From positions 44,268,001 to 44,332,000 of the forward strand of contig CM060732.1 in NCBI GenBank assembly GCA_030704615.1: a stretch of 64,000 nucleotides of DNA, in the 5' to 3' direction. The notes beneath the pieces were generated by a model. It did no database searches. It was given only the letters and a program-made list of their open reading frames with translations, and was not told where the DNA came from. Position 1 is the first letter of the stretch. Each line of letters opens with the position of its first letter. Source of the DNA: Takakia lepidozioides. Its lineage: Eukaryota; Plantae; Bryophyta. Positions 62,043 to 64,000 of the stretch are shown in pieces. The position numbers and the translations under genes are program-made.

Positions 62043-63738
62043 ACAATTTCAAAGAAAAACCAACAAGACGGAGCTATTTTCTGCCCGTGCGGACAAACCC
62101 GCCCAAATCCCAAGGCCCTTGGCTTCCGTGTGGATAATAATCAAGCAGATTCCTGTACCACAATTGCTGAAACATGTCATTCATCAATTAGGGTTTAGCA
62201 GTTTATATGCAGTGGAGGTTGGGGGTGAGAGATTGCTTCCTGGACGAGGAGCTGTGCACTGATCGCATGTGGAATTCGAGACGGAAGAATCCAAAACCAG
62301 AGTGGAGACAACTGGGAGGCTTGTCCAGTTTCGGGTGGATACCCTGGGTTCCGGATGCTATCGCCGCTCCGACCCTTTCAGAATTGGACTGTGGAATTGG
62401 CGAGTTTTTCTCTGAACAGTTCTGAAACTAGAACAAGAGCTTAAGTAGTCTTTTACGACTTGCTACTTCCGGTTTGTTCTAGTAATATAGTTGCCCACAA
62501 ATTGGGACCTCGTATGGTCGATGGGCTTGAGAGGGAAGGAATGAGAGTGAGAGAGTGATGGATTGTTGAATATTCTGTGAACTCGTCGAGCCTCGAAGCT
62601 GCTGTTAGAAGCTTTTCAACTAACGTCGCTCATTAGTTGAATGTTACTTAAATGTTTTTGCTTCGATCTATTGTTTCGATCCAAAGCAGCAGTTGCTACC
62701 CTACCGGGACCTAATATATATTACTTGATGAATGTGATAATCAGCATGTTTTGGGCCGATCATGGTTTTGATGGTTGGTGTGAATCATCGGAAGCATAAG
62801 TGTGTGCGTGTGACTAGCTGGTTTCTGACCATTACTGCATGCCTGCAGGCATCTCTTTATTGACAAGAAAGGGCTTCTTACGATCCGCCTTTATCCGGAG
62901 CACTGCCGCACGCCAACCACCCATAGCTACTATTGTTAGAGGAAGTGACTGGCAATCGTTAACTTCAATTTGTGAGCAGGGACTTCAGATCACTTTCTCT
63001 GAATTGTCCTAAATGCCGTCCTAGCTACCCGTGTCTTTACGTACAAAGTGGCAGGGGAGGCGTGCACTGAACTAAGCAAGTGTTAGGGTGGTTCTTGGAC
63101 TAAAGCAGTCAGCGACGTGGCAGCGATGATTTTGTTTGGTCGGTGGAAACCACACTGTATTCAAAGTTTCTGATCGAGGTTGAGTTCCATCACCTCAAGC
63201 TTGCTTCGCCACAGGTAAGTGGACCATGCCACCCTTCTCCCTTTCTCTGATGGATGCTACTGCTTTGCTAGCAATCAAACAAGCTTTAGTCAACAATCTA
63301 CCTGAAGAAATCCACAGCCTTACAGTAAATGAATGCACTTGCACCAACTGACCGCTTAGGAACTACATGGAAGCTAATCCAGAGAACCCAACGTTTCAAT
63401 AGACTACACCCATTTGAGCTTATGAAGGATCTTAATGGTTGGGGCAGGCCCATCTCATGCTTATAAGGAAGGTCTAAGGGAGAGTCCAACGCATCTTGAT
63501 AGATTGACTCCCCCTAGCTACTTTGTCTAAGATGACTGCGTTGCATCCCAAAGCCCGGGACTATGTACCCCAATTCATTTGGCCAAGTGAACCTACTGAA
63601 ATTACAATTCTTTTAGCTTCGGATTCAGTTCGCTGTTTTCCCTTACGTTTATGCTCCTTTGGAGGTCCTGTATTGTTTGCCTCCAGGTTTTGTGTCCTTT
63701 TCATGGGTGTTGAGTGACATTGGAGGGAAGTGTGATAG

Positions 63739-63924
63739 TCATTGGGGAAGAGGCGAGTTTGTTGTGGGAATCGTGATCTTGTCCAGTGTCACTTGGATTC
63801 CTGAGAGTTTCTTTGCCAGAAGCTTACACTGTTGCTTGTTGATCTGCAAATCTTGGCTGGTGGACGTGAGGCACTGGACCGAATCGATAGTCTCTTTGCA
63901 TAAAGTCAGGGCATTTTCCGCCAT
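63739..63924 (-). pseudogene. Truncated N-terminal four-helix-bundle (MLKL/HeLo-like CC) fragment
   Basis: MAENALTLCKETIDSVQCL...LQINKQQCKLLAKKLSGIQVTL, then an early stop. Confidence 0.35.
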
Positions 63925-64000
63925 GGCGTCTGCTCTCAAGTGAAGTGAGCTGGACCTTGGGAATGCAGTTTTGGGTTTCAGTAATGTAGGAAGGACTGTC

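Overview
Eukaryotic nuclear DNA from a non-seed land plant, probably a bryophyte. This is inferred from spliceosomal introns, a moss-style PLS-DYW PPR protein and the transposon content. Intact genes, left to right: a gene for a probably mitochondrion-targeted protein whose first exon can splice in frame to either a truncated group II intron maturase exon or a two-TM exon (27-2791); a serine carboxypeptidase-like gene (+); APC2 (-); a DYW-type PPR RNA-editing factor (-) head-to-head with MSH5 (+, two U12-type introns); cytosolic RPS3 (+, with a candidate poison exon); and a nodulin-related-protein-like gene with a QGYP-rich repeat tail (+). Transposons: a 5'-truncated LINE with an 18-bp TSD in an APC2 intron; many LINE 3'-end hairpin copies in MSH5 introns; a full-length defective Mutator element (9-bp TSD, TIRs) carrying captured PPR fragments; two TTAA-flanked piggyBac-type non-autonomous elements; a rearranged RLE-type (Dualen/RandI-like) LINE with a highly structured 3' RNA; and a degenerate L1-clade LINE. 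All family assignments come from motif recognition by eye; no searches were run.
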